From Filimonas lacunae (GTDB lineage: Bacteria; Bacteroidota; Bacteroidia; Chitinophagales; Chitinophagaceae), in the NCBI RefSeq assembly GCF_002355595.1, contig NZ_AP017422.1:4900823-4964822 (forward strand): 64,000 nucleotides of DNA, read 5' to 3'. Each line of letters begins with the position of its first letter. The stretch's first letter is position 1. The notes beneath the pieces are model-generated. The model did not search any database. It saw nothing but the letters and a program-made list of their open reading frames with translations, and was not told where the DNA came from. The translations under genes were made by a program, and so were the position numbers. Below are positions 1 through 10,978 of this stretch, piece by piece.

Positions 1-345
1 CGATTTCCTTTCGTCAAGAAATCCGGATGTAAATATGCAGAACATCCCTGTTTGGTTACCATCCGCAGGCAACCAGTGGTAAGGAATTTTAGGCGTTGCA
101 AACAGCAACGCATTCTGTGGAATATCAATTACCTTATCTGCATACTCAGCAGTACTTTTACCTCTTATCCAGCTCACCTTGTAATAGTCCCGCCTGCTGT
201 AAGGCATAGTACGGTTGCCGGTGACTTTATCAAACAATTTCTCCGCTTCAAATACATTGAAATGGCCAATATCCTTGCTAACGCCTTCGGGATACGAAGC
301 CCCGCTGCCTTGATAAAAATCGTTCAGAGAAGAATGCGAAACCAT
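1..345 (-). CDS. AraC-family transcriptional regulator, N-terminal ligand-binding part; 3' end lies beyond the window start
   Basis: Reverse-strand translation from the ATG at 345-343 gives MVSHSSLNDFYQGSGASYPEGVSKDIGHFNVFEAEKLFDKVTGNRTMPYSRRDYYKVSWIRGKSTAEYADKVIDIPQNALLFATPKIPYHWLP. The HFNVF...MPYSRRDYYK(V/I)S pattern is typical of Bacteroidota AraC-type N-terminal domains. The frame stays open to position 1. The + strand ORF 52..375 is its antisense. Confidence 0.55.
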   Translation of the reverse strand, partial: MVSHSSLNDFYQGSGASYPEGVSKDIGHFNVFEAEKLFDKVTGNRTMPYSRRDYYKVSWIRGKSTAEYADKVIDIPQNALLFATPKIPYHWLPADGNQTGMFCIFTSGFLDERKS

Positions 346-390
346 AACCACTTTTGTAAAATTCAAAGTTACTAAACCTTTTCATAGCGC

Positions 391-1164
391 TTACAATGCC
401 ATTCCGCCCGACACTTCTATGCGCTGGCCATTTACCCAGCCCGCTTCCGGCGAACATAAAAAGGCTACTACACCCCCAATATCTTCTGCCTGCCCTGGGC
501 GTCCCAGCGCGGTTACACTGCTGATAAATTGTTGCAATTGCTCATCATTCCTTAAATGAGCGCCGCCAAAATCCGTCATTACAGCACCCGGAGCCACCAC
601 GTTGGCTTTTATTTTACGTGCACCCAGTTCTTTAGCCAGGTAACGGGTATATACTTCCACCGCGCCTTTCATAGCCGCATAAGCCGAAGAGCCAGGTACC
701 GCTACACGGGTAAGTCCGCTGGATACATTTACAATTCCCCCGCCGTCATTCATCAACGTCAATACTTTCTGCGTTAAAAAATACACCCCTTTGAAGTGGA
801 TATTCAACACCTCATCAAACTGCTCCTCACTCATTTCCGGTATAGCTGCATACAGGCCCACTCCCGCATTGTTTACCAGGTAATCGATATGCGTTGCCTG
901 AAACTGACTTTGCAAGGTGCTTTTCAATTGCTGAATAAACGTATCAAAGCTTTTTATATCGCCTGTGTTCAGGTGTAACACTGCGGCCTTTTGTCCTTTT
1001 TGCTGTATTTGTGCTGCTACCTCCAATGCAGCATCTTCTTTACTTACATAGGTAAGTATTACATCCACCCCTTTCTCTGCCAGGCGCAATGCCATATCCT
1101 TTCCTAAACCACGGCTGCCGCCGGTAACCAGGGCTATTTTACTTGTAGTACTCATGGTAATCAT
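391..1164 (-). CDS. SDR-family short-chain dehydrogenase/reductase
   Basis: N-terminal TGGSRGLG Rossmann motif, an NNAG motif and a YxxxK catalytic motif; 257 aa. Confidence 0.85.
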   Translation of the reverse strand: MITMSTTSKIALVTGGSRGLGKDMALRLAEKGVDVILTYVSKEDAALEVAAQIQQKGQKAAVLHLNTGDIKSFDTFIQQLKSTLQSQFQATHIDYLVNNAGVGLYAAIPEMSEEQFDEVLNIHFKGVYFLTQKVLTLMNDGGGIVNVSSGLTRVAVPGSSAYAAMKGAVEVYTRYLAKELGARKIKANVVAPGAVMTDFGGAHLRNDEQLQQFISSVTALGRPGQAEDIGGVVAFLCSPEAGWVNGQRIEVSGGMAL

Positions 1165-1330
1165 TTTTTGTTACCACAAAGTTGCTACAGATAACGGGCC
1201 GCATTTTTGTGACATTCAATCCATCTTTTGAAAAATTCAAATAATCGCCCCGATTATCCGTCATAGCCACCCATCATTTTTTAACAATCCTATTTAACAG
1301 TTCTTCTTATTTTCCGGCCCTAAACCGATA

Positions 1331-1801
1331 TTGACAATGGGATTATTGAGCAACATCTTTAAAAAGCAACCAGCACAACCAGTTAACTACACCCCATTAA
1401 ACGTGCAGGATGCATGGGTTGGCATTATCACAGCCATGGGAAGGGTAGACGGATCGTTGAGTGATGTAGAGATTGATAACCTGGCCCGCTCTCTGGTAAT
1501 GAGCAGCATTTTTGACGGGCACGATATAGTGGACTATATTAACAAAGCAGCCACTTTTCAAAACACCAACGGATCGCAGCAGGTAATTGACGACTGTGTA
1601 CCCCACATTCCGCAACATGACAGGGCTACCCTCCTGTGTATAGTAACCGAAGTAGTACTTGCCGACGGCCAGATAGACGCCAACGAGAAGGAATTACTTA
1701 TATACCTGGCAGGCAAACTGGGCATTGAGCCTGCTTTATTTCAGCAGATACTGGAAGTATACCTCATCCGTAATAAGTATAGCAAAGTGATTTTTGATTA
1801 A
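1331..1801 (+). CDS. TerB-like (tellurite-resistance TerB family) protein
   Basis: 156 aa with an ADGQIDANEKELL motif typical of the TerB/DjlA-N-like fold. No signal peptide. Confidence 0.4.
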   Translation: MTMGLLSNIFKKQPAQPVNYTPLNVQDAWVGIITAMGRVDGSLSDVEIDNLARSLVMSSIFDGHDIVDYINKAATFQNTNGSQQVIDDCVPHIPQHDRATLLCIVTEVVLADGQIDANEKELLIYLAGKLGIEPALFQQILEVYLIRNKYSKVIFD

Positions 1802-1826
1802 TAAACAATAACACTTAATAAACAAC

Positions 1827-1864
1827 AAAGCCCGCAGTATCATCATCTGCGGGCTTTGTTGTTT
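1827..1864. terminator. Bidirectional rho-independent terminator between convergent genes
   Basis: Perfect 11-bp stem aaagcccgcag / ctgcgggcttt followed by a T-run (tttgttgtttatt). Confidence 0.55.
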
Positions 1865-1865
1865 A

Positions 1866-2705
1866 TTAAGAATGTTTGGAGTATTCTTCCAGTCGTTCTT
1901 TCTCCTGTCGCGTAAGGCTATTCATTCCTCTCTCGTTAATCTTGTCCAGTATACGGTCTATCTCCTGCCGTTGTATATTTCTTTCGATATTGTATTTATG
2001 GTCGATAGTGATATTATGACTCGACTTGAAAAAAGAGTTATCTACCAGCAAGCTATGTGGGCGTACGGTAATGAATATAATAAACAAGATAGCCGGAATA
2101 GTAATGAGAGCAATAGTAAAAGCATTGGTTTGCAACACCACCGGATACATAATAATAGCCGTGATCATACCTACCAACGCACCTCCCAGGTGTGCTTCGT
2201 GCCCGATATTATCTTTAGCAGACCGGATACCATAAATAGAATACAATATGTAAGCGGTGCCATATAACCAGGTGGGAATGCCAAAAGGAATACCGAAAAA
2301 GCCGATATCCGAGCCGGGAAATAAGGCTATAGAAGCAAATACCACTCCGCAAACCGCACCAGATGCACCTACTGCACTATAGTCGTTGTGATTTCTGTGA
2401 ATAAATAAAGCCAGCAGGCCCCCACCTGCCAAACCCGCAAAATAGATAGCGAGAAAGGGAATGCTGCCAATAACGTTTTCCATGCTGCTGCTAAACAACA
2501 GCAAGGTGATCATATTAAAGATAAGATGCTGCCAGCCCACATGTAAAAAACCAGAGCTGATAAAACGGACGTACTCCCGCCCCACCAGGATGCTACTTAC
2601 CTGGAACTTATACTTATCAAAAAAAGCCCTGCTTGAAAAGCCTTTGTTGGAAATAAGAAAGTTTAATACAATCAATATAATTCCTATTATACCAATATCC
2701 ACCAT
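1866..2705 (-). CDS. Rhomboid-family intramembrane serine protease
   Basis: Multi-TM protein with a GASGAVCG (GxSG) motif and a downstream HLGGALVG histidine helix; 279 aa. Confidence 0.7.
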   Translation of the reverse strand: MVDIGIIGIILIVLNFLISNKGFSSRAFFDKYKFQVSSILVGREYVRFISSGFLHVGWQHLIFNMITLLLFSSSMENVIGSIPFLAIYFAGLAGGGLLALFIHRNHNDYSAVGASGAVCGVVFASIALFPGSDIGFFGIPFGIPTWLYGTAYILYSIYGIRSAKDNIGHEAHLGGALVGMITAIIMYPVVLQTNAFTIALITIPAILFIIFITVRPHSLLVDNSFFKSSHNITIDHKYNIERNIQRQEIDRILDKINERGMNSLTRQEKERLEEYSKHS

Positions 2706-2784
2706 TAGGGTTGCATTTTGCTATAAAAATAAAAACTAGTTACTGACCCGCCAAACCTGCCGGCAAAGCGGCAAAAATTGCAGG

Positions 2785-3315
2785 TTATTCAACCCCCTCC
2801 TCCTGCAAAGGTGAAACCACCGGTTCCTCCCCTTTTTCAGCCCGTTTTACCAGGAAAAACAGGCAGGTTCCTATCCAGCCCAGCCAGAAAAGGTAAAAAC
2901 CCAGGTGAAATTTCTCTTTTAACAAACGATGGGAGAAAGTGTACTGGAAATCGTAATAAGTGCCCCATAAAGCAATCATGCCAATGAGCAGTAAAGACAT
3001 TCCCGTATACACCACCTTCCGGTGCGAAAGGCGTTTTTTAGCCATGGTAAGAATGCCTGTTAACAACAATTGTATGGCTAACAACAACAGAAAGGTTTTC
3101 CAGCCGGAACGTAAAAAACGGTATTGCTTATAAAACATGGCAATACCCAGCTTACCCAATAAGGATATTTTGGAAATAAGATACGCTTCCAGCAGGCATA
3201 ATACAGTCTGTACAGCTATCAGTATGGCGGTTTTATTCGGTTTCACTATCAGTTTTACATTTAGGCGGTACGCTACTAAAAATAAACAAAAAGGGCCAAC
3301 CACCGGTTGACCCAT
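2785..3315 (-). CDS. Hypothetical integral membrane protein
   Basis: 176 aa with several hydrophobic helices and no recognisable catalytic motifs. Confidence 0.4.
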   Translation of the reverse strand: MGQPVVGPFCLFLVAYRLNVKLIVKPNKTAILIAVQTVLCLLEAYLISKISLLGKLGIAMFYKQYRFLRSGWKTFLLLLAIQLLLTGILTMAKKRLSHRKVVYTGMSLLLIGMIALWGTYYDFQYTFSHRLLKEKFHLGFYLFWLGWIGTCLFFLVKRAEKGEEPVVSPLQEEGVE

Positions 3316-3359
3316 TCACTAAATAATTACCATGACAGCAATAGTCTTTTCAAATATAA

Positions 3360-4700
3360 TTAACCCTGCACAATATGCTTCATGGCGTCTTCCACAATTT
3401 GTAATGCCTCCACCTGCTGCTGCCGGGAAATGATCAGGGGCGGCGATAATTGCAACACATTTCCCTGCGAAACCTTAAAGCTAAGTCCATGTTCCAGGCA
3501 GTAATACATCGCCTTTTCGGCCTGCGTTACTGCTTTTTCTTTGGTTTCCCGGTTTGTTACCAGCTCTATTCCCCATAACAGCCCTTTACCCCGCACATCC
3601 CCAATCAGCGGGTAATGCTGTTGCAACTGGTGTAAACGTTGCTGAAAATAAACCGCGTCGTTCTGCACTTTCTGCAATAACTGATGATCCTGTATAAACT
3701 GCAGCACTGCCATACCCGCCGCGCAGCCCAACGGACTTTTTTCAAAAGTAAAATGCCCCAGGGAAATGTTAGCCGCCACAGCGTTATAGCTATCGCGGGT
3801 TACAATACCGGCCATCGGTATAACACCGCCACCCATGCCCTTGCCCAGGCAAATAATATCTGGTTCTATGCCATAGTGCTCAAAAGCAAACATCTTACCC
3901 GTGCGCCCAAAGGCAATAGGTATTTCATCCAGTATTAACAGCACCCCATGCTTCGTGCATATTTCCCGCACCCTTTTCCAGTAATCCGGCGAAGGGATCT
4001 GCACATCTGTATTACGAATGGTTTCTGCAATAAACGCCCCTACACCACCTTCCTTTTCAATCACGTATTCCAGGTAATCGGCATAAGGCATATCACTATC
4101 CCCGCCCCATCTGTTACGATAGGTAGCAGGTGGCGGAATGCGTTCCACACCAGGCAACAACGGCCCCATCTGCTGGCGAAACTGCGCTTCTCCTCCCACC
4201 CCAATAGCGTCCAGCGAAGCCCCGTGAAAAGAATCCCACAGACTTACTACTTTATGCTTGCCGGTTACCAGCCGGGCCAGTTTAATGGCTATACTTACCG
4301 CCGATGTGCCGCCGGGGGCAAACAACACCCGTTTTAAATTACCGGGAAACAACGCCGTTAACGCTTCGGCATATTGCACCGCCACCGGGTTGGTAAAACG
4401 GCGGGGGCTAAAACACAAGGTGTCCATCTGCTTTTTCACCGCTTCCAGCACAGCCTGATTTCGGTATCCCACCTGGTGCACGTTATTGCCATGAAAATCC
4501 ATATACCGCCTGCCCTGTGCATTTACCAGGTAAATATCTTCACAGGCCACAATCGTGTCCAGGCAAGGGGTAGACAATGTTTGGTGTAAAAACAATTCAC
4601 TATCTGCAGAAAGCACTACGTCAGATGCATGCATCTGACGTAGTGACCATTGTTCTCTTTCCACTGAAAGATTAATATCTCCCTCCAGGAGGTTACTCAT
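3360..4700 (-). CDS. Class-III (PLP-dependent) aminotransferase
   Basis: 446 aa with an ...DEIPIAFGRTGKMFAFEHYGIEPDIICLGKGMGGG... PLP-lysine region diagnostic of the class-III aminotransferase family. Confidence 0.8.
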   Translation of the reverse strand: MSNLLEGDINLSVEREQWSLRQMHASDVVLSADSELFLHQTLSTPCLDTIVACEDIYLVNAQGRRYMDFHGNNVHQVGYRNQAVLEAVKKQMDTLCFSPRRFTNPVAVQYAEALTALFPGNLKRVLFAPGGTSAVSIAIKLARLVTGKHKVVSLWDSFHGASLDAIGVGGEAQFRQQMGPLLPGVERIPPPATYRNRWGGDSDMPYADYLEYVIEKEGGVGAFIAETIRNTDVQIPSPDYWKRVREICTKHGVLLILDEIPIAFGRTGKMFAFEHYGIEPDIICLGKGMGGGVIPMAGIVTRDSYNAVAANISLGHFTFEKSPLGCAAGMAVLQFIQDHQLLQKVQNDAVYFQQRLHQLQQHYPLIGDVRGKGLLWGIELVTNRETKEKAVTQAEKAMYYCLEHGLSFKVSQGNVLQLSPPLIISRQQQVEALQIVEDAMKHIVQG

Positions 4701-4712
4701 AACATTATTCGT

Positions 4713-5792
4713 TTAAGGCAGCATACCTGTAACAGGTGCGCCGGTTTCATGCCCTGCAGGCTTAAATTCAAAACCCAGTAAAGCAGCAATGGTGGCGGCT
4801 ACTTGTTTCTGATATACTACACCGCTATGGGTGATTTCGCCCAAAGCACGCGTATCAGGACCAATTACAGCCATCCAGATATCTTCTGCACCCACAATTT
4901 CCTTTCCATGTGAAATCCACTCCGCTTTTACCGCATCGCCACGACCATGATCGCACAATACGATCATAGTGGTTTTGCCGGCATATTCCGAAGTGGATTG
5001 CAAGGTGTGCCATAAATCGGCCAGCATCGCATCTTCGGCATGAGCGCTTTTCAAATACTGATCGTACATACCCGAATGCGCAAAATCATCCGTTTCATCA
5101 AAAGCCACATACAATACTTTGGGCTTATACGCTTTCAGATATTCCCGTGCAGCAAAATAGGTATACGCATCCAACCGCACATCAATAGGACGCGCAGTAA
5201 TAAACTGCATATCATTGATCAGTTGTAAGGCCGGGGCTTGTAACCGTATAGTATCTAAACCACTGTTTACATAAATACCACTGCGCCATTTATTGAGGAT
5301 ATAAGGAAAACAATCCCAGGTAGCAAAGGCAGCCACCTTACCTGTATACCCCTTTTTGCCATTGATAAACTCCAGCACATTGTGGTTTTTATTGGCAATT
5401 TTATCGTTTGAGTTTACAGCAGTATCTGGGTAACCGGTGAATATTTCATTATATCCCGGATAAGAGAACTTATAAGGGTTGGCCACCTGCATATTGCCCC
5501 CACGTTTTTTGTTTCCATACAACTGCCCCTTTGCCACCACTTCCGTCCAAAGAAACGGAAACAGTTTTTTCCTTCTGGCAGTATCGTTTGCTGCACCAAA
5601 TGCTGCTACAACATCCGCAGAGTCTTTGGTAAAGTGATGATTGGCTACCAGGGCACTGTCAATGCCTGTAAACACTTCCTGCCAGCGCATACCATCTAAA
5701 GTAACCACTACTATATTTTCTGTCTTTTTCACCTGCGCCTGTAAGCTGCAGGTGAAAAAGAACAGCACTATCGCACTTGTAACCTTCTTCAT
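4713..5792 (-). CDS. Secreted alkaline-phosphatase-superfamily (metalloenzyme) protein
   Basis: Signal peptide MKKVTSAIVLFFFTCSLQAQ followed by a VVVTLDGMRWQE metal-site motif at the N-terminus of the mature protein. Confidence 0.5.
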   Translation of the reverse strand: MKKVTSAIVLFFFTCSLQAQVKKTENIVVVTLDGMRWQEVFTGIDSALVANHHFTKDSADVVAAFGAANDTARRKKLFPFLWTEVVAKGQLYGNKKRGGNMQVANPYKFSYPGYNEIFTGYPDTAVNSNDKIANKNHNVLEFINGKKGYTGKVAAFATWDCFPYILNKWRSGIYVNSGLDTIRLQAPALQLINDMQFITARPIDVRLDAYTYFAAREYLKAYKPKVLYVAFDETDDFAHSGMYDQYLKSAHAEDAMLADLWHTLQSTSEYAGKTTMIVLCDHGRGDAVKAEWISHGKEIVGAEDIWMAVIGPDTRALGEITHSGVVYQKQVAATIAALLGFEFKPAGHETGAPVTGMLP

Positions 5793-5802
5793 ATGTATAG
5801 CA

Positions 5803-7407
5803 TTAATTCTTCAGTAACCACATTTGACCATTGATATCGTCCGTACTAAAACCCTGGTTGGTTAAAGCAGCCTGCCAATGCACCTTGTTCTGGTTTTGCT
5901 CGCTGCTGGGGTAAGCCCACCTGCTGGGAACATTGCCGTTGTTACCAATACCGGAACCTCCTTCAAAAGCTGGTACACCTGTACGGCGATAGTTATAATA
6001 CGCCTCCCAGCCGGAGTTCTGGAACATGGCAATATACTTTTGCATCAGCACCTGGTGTAAACCAGTAGCGCCACCTGCATATACCACTTCTTCCTGGTTA
6101 TAGTAGTTGTCAAAGCTGAAAGTGAAAGGATATTCCTGGATATCATTCAAATCACCTTTCTTCAGGAAATAAGCAGAGTAAGATGTTTTGCTGCTGCTTA
6201 ACCCGTAAAACGCCATAGACGCCTGGATGCCTTTTTTATACCAGTCTTCCGCATTACCTGCTGCCCAGTTTCTGTTAATAGCTTCTGCAATGTTAAAGCA
6301 CATTTCAGCGTATCCCAGCAATACATCCTTGTCGCCGGTAAAGGTGGAGTAATACCGCTTACGGTTAATTAAAGAAACATATTTACCATTCGTTTGCGGC
6401 TCAACAACTCCCATAGGGCTGCCGGTACTCTGCCCCACAAACGCCCTGAAATCAAGCGGATCATATGATAAAGAATCCACCAGCGCCCATGCTGGCTCAC
6501 AGGTAATATATACACGCGGATCGCTTAAAGCGGTAAGGCTTTGTACATAGGTTTTAGACATACAATACCTGGTAGCCGTTGATCCGAAATTGGCACTATT
6601 CAGCGGATACTGGTTGTAGTTTTGAATATAAGTAAAAGCCAGATCTTCCGCCGCGCTGTTAAAAATGGGATAAGTAGCCGGATTGCCTATGATTTTAGCA
6701 AACTGTGCAGGAATTTGTAAATCAGCATCAGTAGCTTTTTTACTTAAGCTCACCAACACACGTAACCTGAATACATTCACAGCCTTTTGCCATTTAGCCA
6801 GATCGCCACCAAAATAAATATCCTGTACACTACCGGTAAGTGTGGCATCTTTTGCAGCCGCCATTACAGACAGGTGTGCATTGGCAGAATCCAATGTATT
6901 TAAAATATACTTAAATACATCTTTTTGTGAATCGTATGCAGGCGACATATTCTGCTCCTGTAATGCTTCACTTGTCGGCACATCTCCCATTAAAGAAGTG
7001 AGATTGTATAAATACCAGGCTCTGATAAATTTACCTATCGACTCGTAGGCATTGGCAGCAGGCAAACCTTGCGCTGCCGCGGCCTTCTCCATCTGTACTA
7101 CGTTTTTCATTACCAGGTAGCTGTTAAACGAGCCACTGCTCCAGCCATACTGATTATCTCCGTAATAAGCATAAGCGCCGAGATAATACTGATTGTATTT
7201 ATGAACATCGTCCCAGCTACCAGATCCAGCCAAATCGCCGTTAGTGCTGGTACCTGAAAGTGCAGTAAGTACCGTTCCCAATATTAAATCAGGAGGAGAA
7301 GAAACTGCCTGGTTAGGATTTTCCTGTAAACTGTTAATGGTTTTATTACAGCCGCCTAAAATTATAAGCGGAAGTATATAGCTACATATTTTTTTTGCGG
7401 ATAACAT
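5803..7407 (-). CDS. SusD/RagB-family nutrient-binding outer-membrane lipoprotein
   Basis: Lipoprotein signal (LIILGGCNK). 534 aa, rich in W and Y. It sits immediately downstream of SusC in the canonical arrangement. Confidence 0.8.
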   Translation of the reverse strand: MLSAKKICSYILPLIILGGCNKTINSLQENPNQAVSSPPDLILGTVLTALSGTSTNGDLAGSGSWDDVHKYNQYYLGAYAYYGDNQYGWSSGSFNSYLVMKNVVQMEKAAAAQGLPAANAYESIGKFIRAWYLYNLTSLMGDVPTSEALQEQNMSPAYDSQKDVFKYILNTLDSANAHLSVMAAAKDATLTGSVQDIYFGGDLAKWQKAVNVFRLRVLVSLSKKATDADLQIPAQFAKIIGNPATYPIFNSAAEDLAFTYIQNYNQYPLNSANFGSTATRYCMSKTYVQSLTALSDPRVYITCEPAWALVDSLSYDPLDFRAFVGQSTGSPMGVVEPQTNGKYVSLINRKRYYSTFTGDKDVLLGYAEMCFNIAEAINRNWAAGNAEDWYKKGIQASMAFYGLSSSKTSYSAYFLKKGDLNDIQEYPFTFSFDNYYNQEEVVYAGGATGLHQVLMQKYIAMFQNSGWEAYYNYRRTGVPAFEGGSGIGNNGNVPSRWAYPSSEQNQNKVHWQAALTNQGFSTDDINGQMWLLKN

Positions 7408-7417
7408 GGCTTATTTT

Positions 7418-10400
7418 TTAGAACGATACATTAATGTTGATACCATAGCTTCTGGTAGAAGGTGTTTGCAAACCAGAGACATTACTTTGTGTATACTGGT
7501 CTACATCCAGATCTTTATATCGACTTGGGAAGAAATATAACAGGTTTCTGCCCACCAGCGACACGGATGCCTGCTGAATGATATGCTGACGTGATAACCA
7601 GCTCTGAGGAATCATGTAAGAGATGCTCACCTCTCTTAACTTAGAAAAGGTTTTCTTTATCATATCCAGTTCAGGCAGATCGGCCATACGGGTAACGTAA
7701 TCCTGAACCGATGTAGCCTGGGTATTCTTGCTTTTGGTAAGACTGCTGTAGTTAGTGATTGCACCGGTTACAGGATCCAATGTAATGTTACCACCTGTTA
7801 ACACAACACCTTCTCCTACATAAGAACCAGCAGGTGTTTCATCATCCGGACGTGCTACCCCAAAAGCTCCCTGAACGGTTTCTAAATGACGGCCTCCCTG
7901 TAAGGTTTTCTTACGCACAAAATCTTCCATTACACCACCCACCATACCATCAAACTGGAAACGGAAAGCTATATTCTTATATGTAAGGGTGTTAGTGATG
8001 CCCCACTGCCAATCAGGATCGTAATGGCCGAATACTTTTTTAGCGCTTACACCCAAATCCTTCACGCGTAATAATGTACCGCCGCTGTTATGCACCAGTT
8101 CACCTTGTGGTGTTCTTACATAAGCATCGCCATATACCAGGTCAACACGGGTTCCATCATAAGAGTAGTTATCCGGGTTGGCATTCTTTACCCATTTTTT
8201 CACATAAGTGCTCCAGTTAGCAGCCACGTTCCAGCTAAAGCCATTCACATTTTTAACAGGTGTTGCATTCACAGCCACTTCCCAGCCATCATTGGTATAT
8301 ACGTTACCATTAGTAAGGAAAGTAGAATAACCACTGGCAGAAGATACACCCTGTGATACGATACCGGTATTTTTATAATGGTAGCGTGTGATATCTACAC
8401 CGATACGGTTTTGTAAAAAGCGAATATCTACACCGAATTCAGTAGCCTTTCTTTGTGCTGTCTGAATATCCGGATTTACCAGCTTATCTGTATAAGAAGC
8501 GCTGTTATTATTATTGTAGGTAGGCGCTAAAGTATAGCTTTTAGAGAATGTATAAGAAGGTCCGTCGTAGGGAGACAGATACGCATAACCATACTCGTTA
8601 CCTGGCAAGCCAGTGATATTAGGTGTAAAAGTAGTATTGGTACCGCCAGATTTGCTTTCTGCATAAGAAGCCCGCACTTTTAACATAGATACAAATTCGG
8701 GCAGATGCACGTAATCTGAAATAACAGAACTCAGGTTAAATGAAGGATAAAAGTAAGTATTGCTGTTAGCAGGTAAAGTAGAGGATTTATCTACCCTGCC
8801 AACAATGTTCAGGTTTGCATAAGACTTATATCCCAGGTCTAATGAATAATAAGCACTCAGCACTTTCATACGCGAGTTGAAAGAAGTAGCCGCAATAGCA
8901 TCGCGGGTGTTAGAGAATGCATATATGCCAGGAATTTGCAGATAGTTGGTAGTAGTATAGTTAGCATTAAAACGGAAACTTCTCACGTTAGCGCCTAACA
9001 AACCATTTACATCCAGAAAGCCCAGGATATTGTTTTTGTGATACAACGCCTGTACTTCTATGTTAGTTTGAAACAAACGTCTTACATCTTCCCTGTAATC
9101 ACCCTTATTCTCACCACGGTAAGTATTGGCCGAAACAGGCACCTTTTCTGTATTTAAGAAATCGTAAGCGTTAATGCTGGGTCTGAGTAAAAATTCAAAA
9201 GAAGTATTGGGTTTGTAGCTTAAAGTAGAATAGCCATACAGATTATTCATATAATGACCTCTTAGCCATTCATAGCTCATAAACCAGGGGTTATTATAAC
9301 GGTAGTATTCTGCAAACTTTTGCTGTATTCCCGTTTTACCTGCCTGCCAGTAGTTACGCATATCATCCACACTCCAATCAGCGCCAGACCACAATACCAG
9401 GTTATATATCAGGCTATTAGGGCCGTAGTTTACATCCGGCATGTTAGGGGTAGATTGTCTGTTGTAGTTTACATAGGTATTTAAAGTAACCTTGGGAGAA
9501 AAACGTTGTACAATGTTGCCCGTGAAGTTGAAGTTATTCAAAGAGGTATTAGGCACAATACCTTTCTGGTAAGTGTTGCCAAAAGAAAAACGTACATCTG
9601 TTTTATCTGAACTGGTACTGATAGCTACACTGTTAGACTGTAATAAACCTGTTTGTAAAAAGCGGTTTAAGTTGTCGGCACCTCTTGCCAACCACGGAGT
9701 AGGCTTAATGTGACCTGTGTAAGGGGTAGCGTTTTTAAAAGTAGTAACATAGTTTTCATTGGCATTGTATTCACCATCATATTGAGGTAATAAACGACCA
9801 TCCAGTTTGGGTCCCCATCCTCCATCATAATCATAGTCGTTGATACCACCACCTTTACCGTTACCAAAAGCATAAGCTCCATGTTCACCGGGACCATACT
9901 CGTTTTGCGATTTAGGGATAGCCAGAAAACCGCCTGTAAACTGAGTAGTACTGTTTACATCAACAGACACGCCTTTTTTAGCTGCTTTTTTGGTAGTGAT
10001 AACAATAGCACCGTTCTGACCGGCAAAACCATACAATGCTGTGGCGTTAGGGCCTTTTAACACGGTAAAGGTTTCAATATCGTCGGGGTTGATATTATAG
10101 GTATCAGAAGTCATAGGCACACCATCTACCACATACATAGGAGCGCCATCGCCACGCAAGCTAATGTCAGGTGCATGTCCCAGCTCGGGGTTAATGTTCA
10201 CTGTTAAACCAGCTACGTTACCCTTTAACGAGTTTACGGCATTCGGTTCCCTTGCTTTAATAAACTGTGATGCGTTCACAGTTTGTGTAGCATAACCTAA
10301 ACGGCGGGCTTCTTTTTTAATACCCGTAGCGGTTACCACCACCTCGTTACCCGAACCAGCACTTCCGGTAAGCTGCACGTTCAGTTGCAGGTTATCGGTT

Positions 10401-10669
10401 AAGGTTATTTCTACTGTATTGTATCCTACACGTCCTATACGAACCACTTGTCCTGTCGCTGCCTGAAAAACAACCCTTCCCTTTTCGTCGGAAGAAAATA
10501 CTTTACTGGAGCCTTTTAACACCACTGCCACATCCGGGATGGGTAGATTAGCGCCGTCCAGAACAAGGCATTTGTAGGTTTTCTGTCCTTCCTGCTGGGC
10601 CATAGCAAAGGTACCTGCAAGAAAAATCCATAAGAAGAACAAAATTCTTCCCGTGAACCGGTAATTCAT
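7418..10669 (-). CDS. SusC/RagA-family TonB-dependent outer-membrane transporter
   Basis: 1083 aa with a signal peptide, a carboxypeptidase-regulatory-like N-domain, a plug region (DISLRGDGAPMYVVDGVPM) and a long beta-barrel. It is paired with SusD. Confidence 0.9.
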   Translation of the reverse strand: MNYRFTGRILFFLWIFLAGTFAMAQQEGQKTYKCLVLDGANLPIPDVAVVLKGSSKVFSSDEKGRVVFQAATGQVVRIGRVGYNTVEITLTDNLQLNVQLTGSAGSGNEVVVTATGIKKEARRLGYATQTVNASQFIKAREPNAVNSLKGNVAGLTVNINPELGHAPDISLRGDGAPMYVVDGVPMTSDTYNINPDDIETFTVLKGPNATALYGFAGQNGAIVITTKKAAKKGVSVDVNSTTQFTGGFLAIPKSQNEYGPGEHGAYAFGNGKGGGINDYDYDGGWGPKLDGRLLPQYDGEYNANENYVTTFKNATPYTGHIKPTPWLARGADNLNRFLQTGLLQSNSVAISTSSDKTDVRFSFGNTYQKGIVPNTSLNNFNFTGNIVQRFSPKVTLNTYVNYNRQSTPNMPDVNYGPNSLIYNLVLWSGADWSVDDMRNYWQAGKTGIQQKFAEYYRYNNPWFMSYEWLRGHYMNNLYGYSTLSYKPNTSFEFLLRPSINAYDFLNTEKVPVSANTYRGENKGDYREDVRRLFQTNIEVQALYHKNNILGFLDVNGLLGANVRSFRFNANYTTTNYLQIPGIYAFSNTRDAIAATSFNSRMKVLSAYYSLDLGYKSYANLNIVGRVDKSSTLPANSNTYFYPSFNLSSVISDYVHLPEFVSMLKVRASYAESKSGGTNTTFTPNITGLPGNEYGYAYLSPYDGPSYTFSKSYTLAPTYNNNNSASYTDKLVNPDIQTAQRKATEFGVDIRFLQNRIGVDITRYHYKNTGIVSQGVSSASGYSTFLTNGNVYTNDGWEVAVNATPVKNVNGFSWNVAANWSTYVKKWVKNANPDNYSYDGTRVDLVYGDAYVRTPQGELVHNSGGTLLRVKDLGVSAKKVFGHYDPDWQWGITNTLTYKNIAFRFQFDGMVGGVMEDFVRKKTLQGGRHLETVQGAFGVARPDDETPAGSYVGEGVVLTGGNITLDPVTGAITNYSSLTKSKNTQATSVQDYVTRMADLPELDMIKKTFSKLREVSISYMIPQSWLSRQHIIQQASVSLVGRNLLYFFPSRYKDLDVDQYTQSNVSGLQTPSTRSYGININVSF

Positions 10670-10978
10670 AATTGAATTTTTTATCGTTTTAAAAAAATGC
10701 TGTTCTAATAGCGCAAATGATTGCTTATAACTGGGTTGTTATGCAGTAAACGGACAGTAGTCACACAATGCCTTCAGATAATTTTCTCTTATAGCACAAA
10801 GTTAAGCTACACTAAACAGTAGTTCACAATTAGTCATATTACCATTTTATTAACACTAATATGTATAACATATGTAAACCCTGTTATGCAATTATTAATA
10901 AAGAAAAGAAGTGTTTCCTCTGTTGTTTTTCTCTCTACTTTCAAGCTTTATATTCCTGGTTTACTTATTTATATTTTT

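Noticed and set aside
52-375. 107-aa + strand ORF at the window start
   Set aside because: It lies antisense to a much more convincing minus-strand AraC-family N-terminal domain (ATG at 345) and has no protein-like features of its own.
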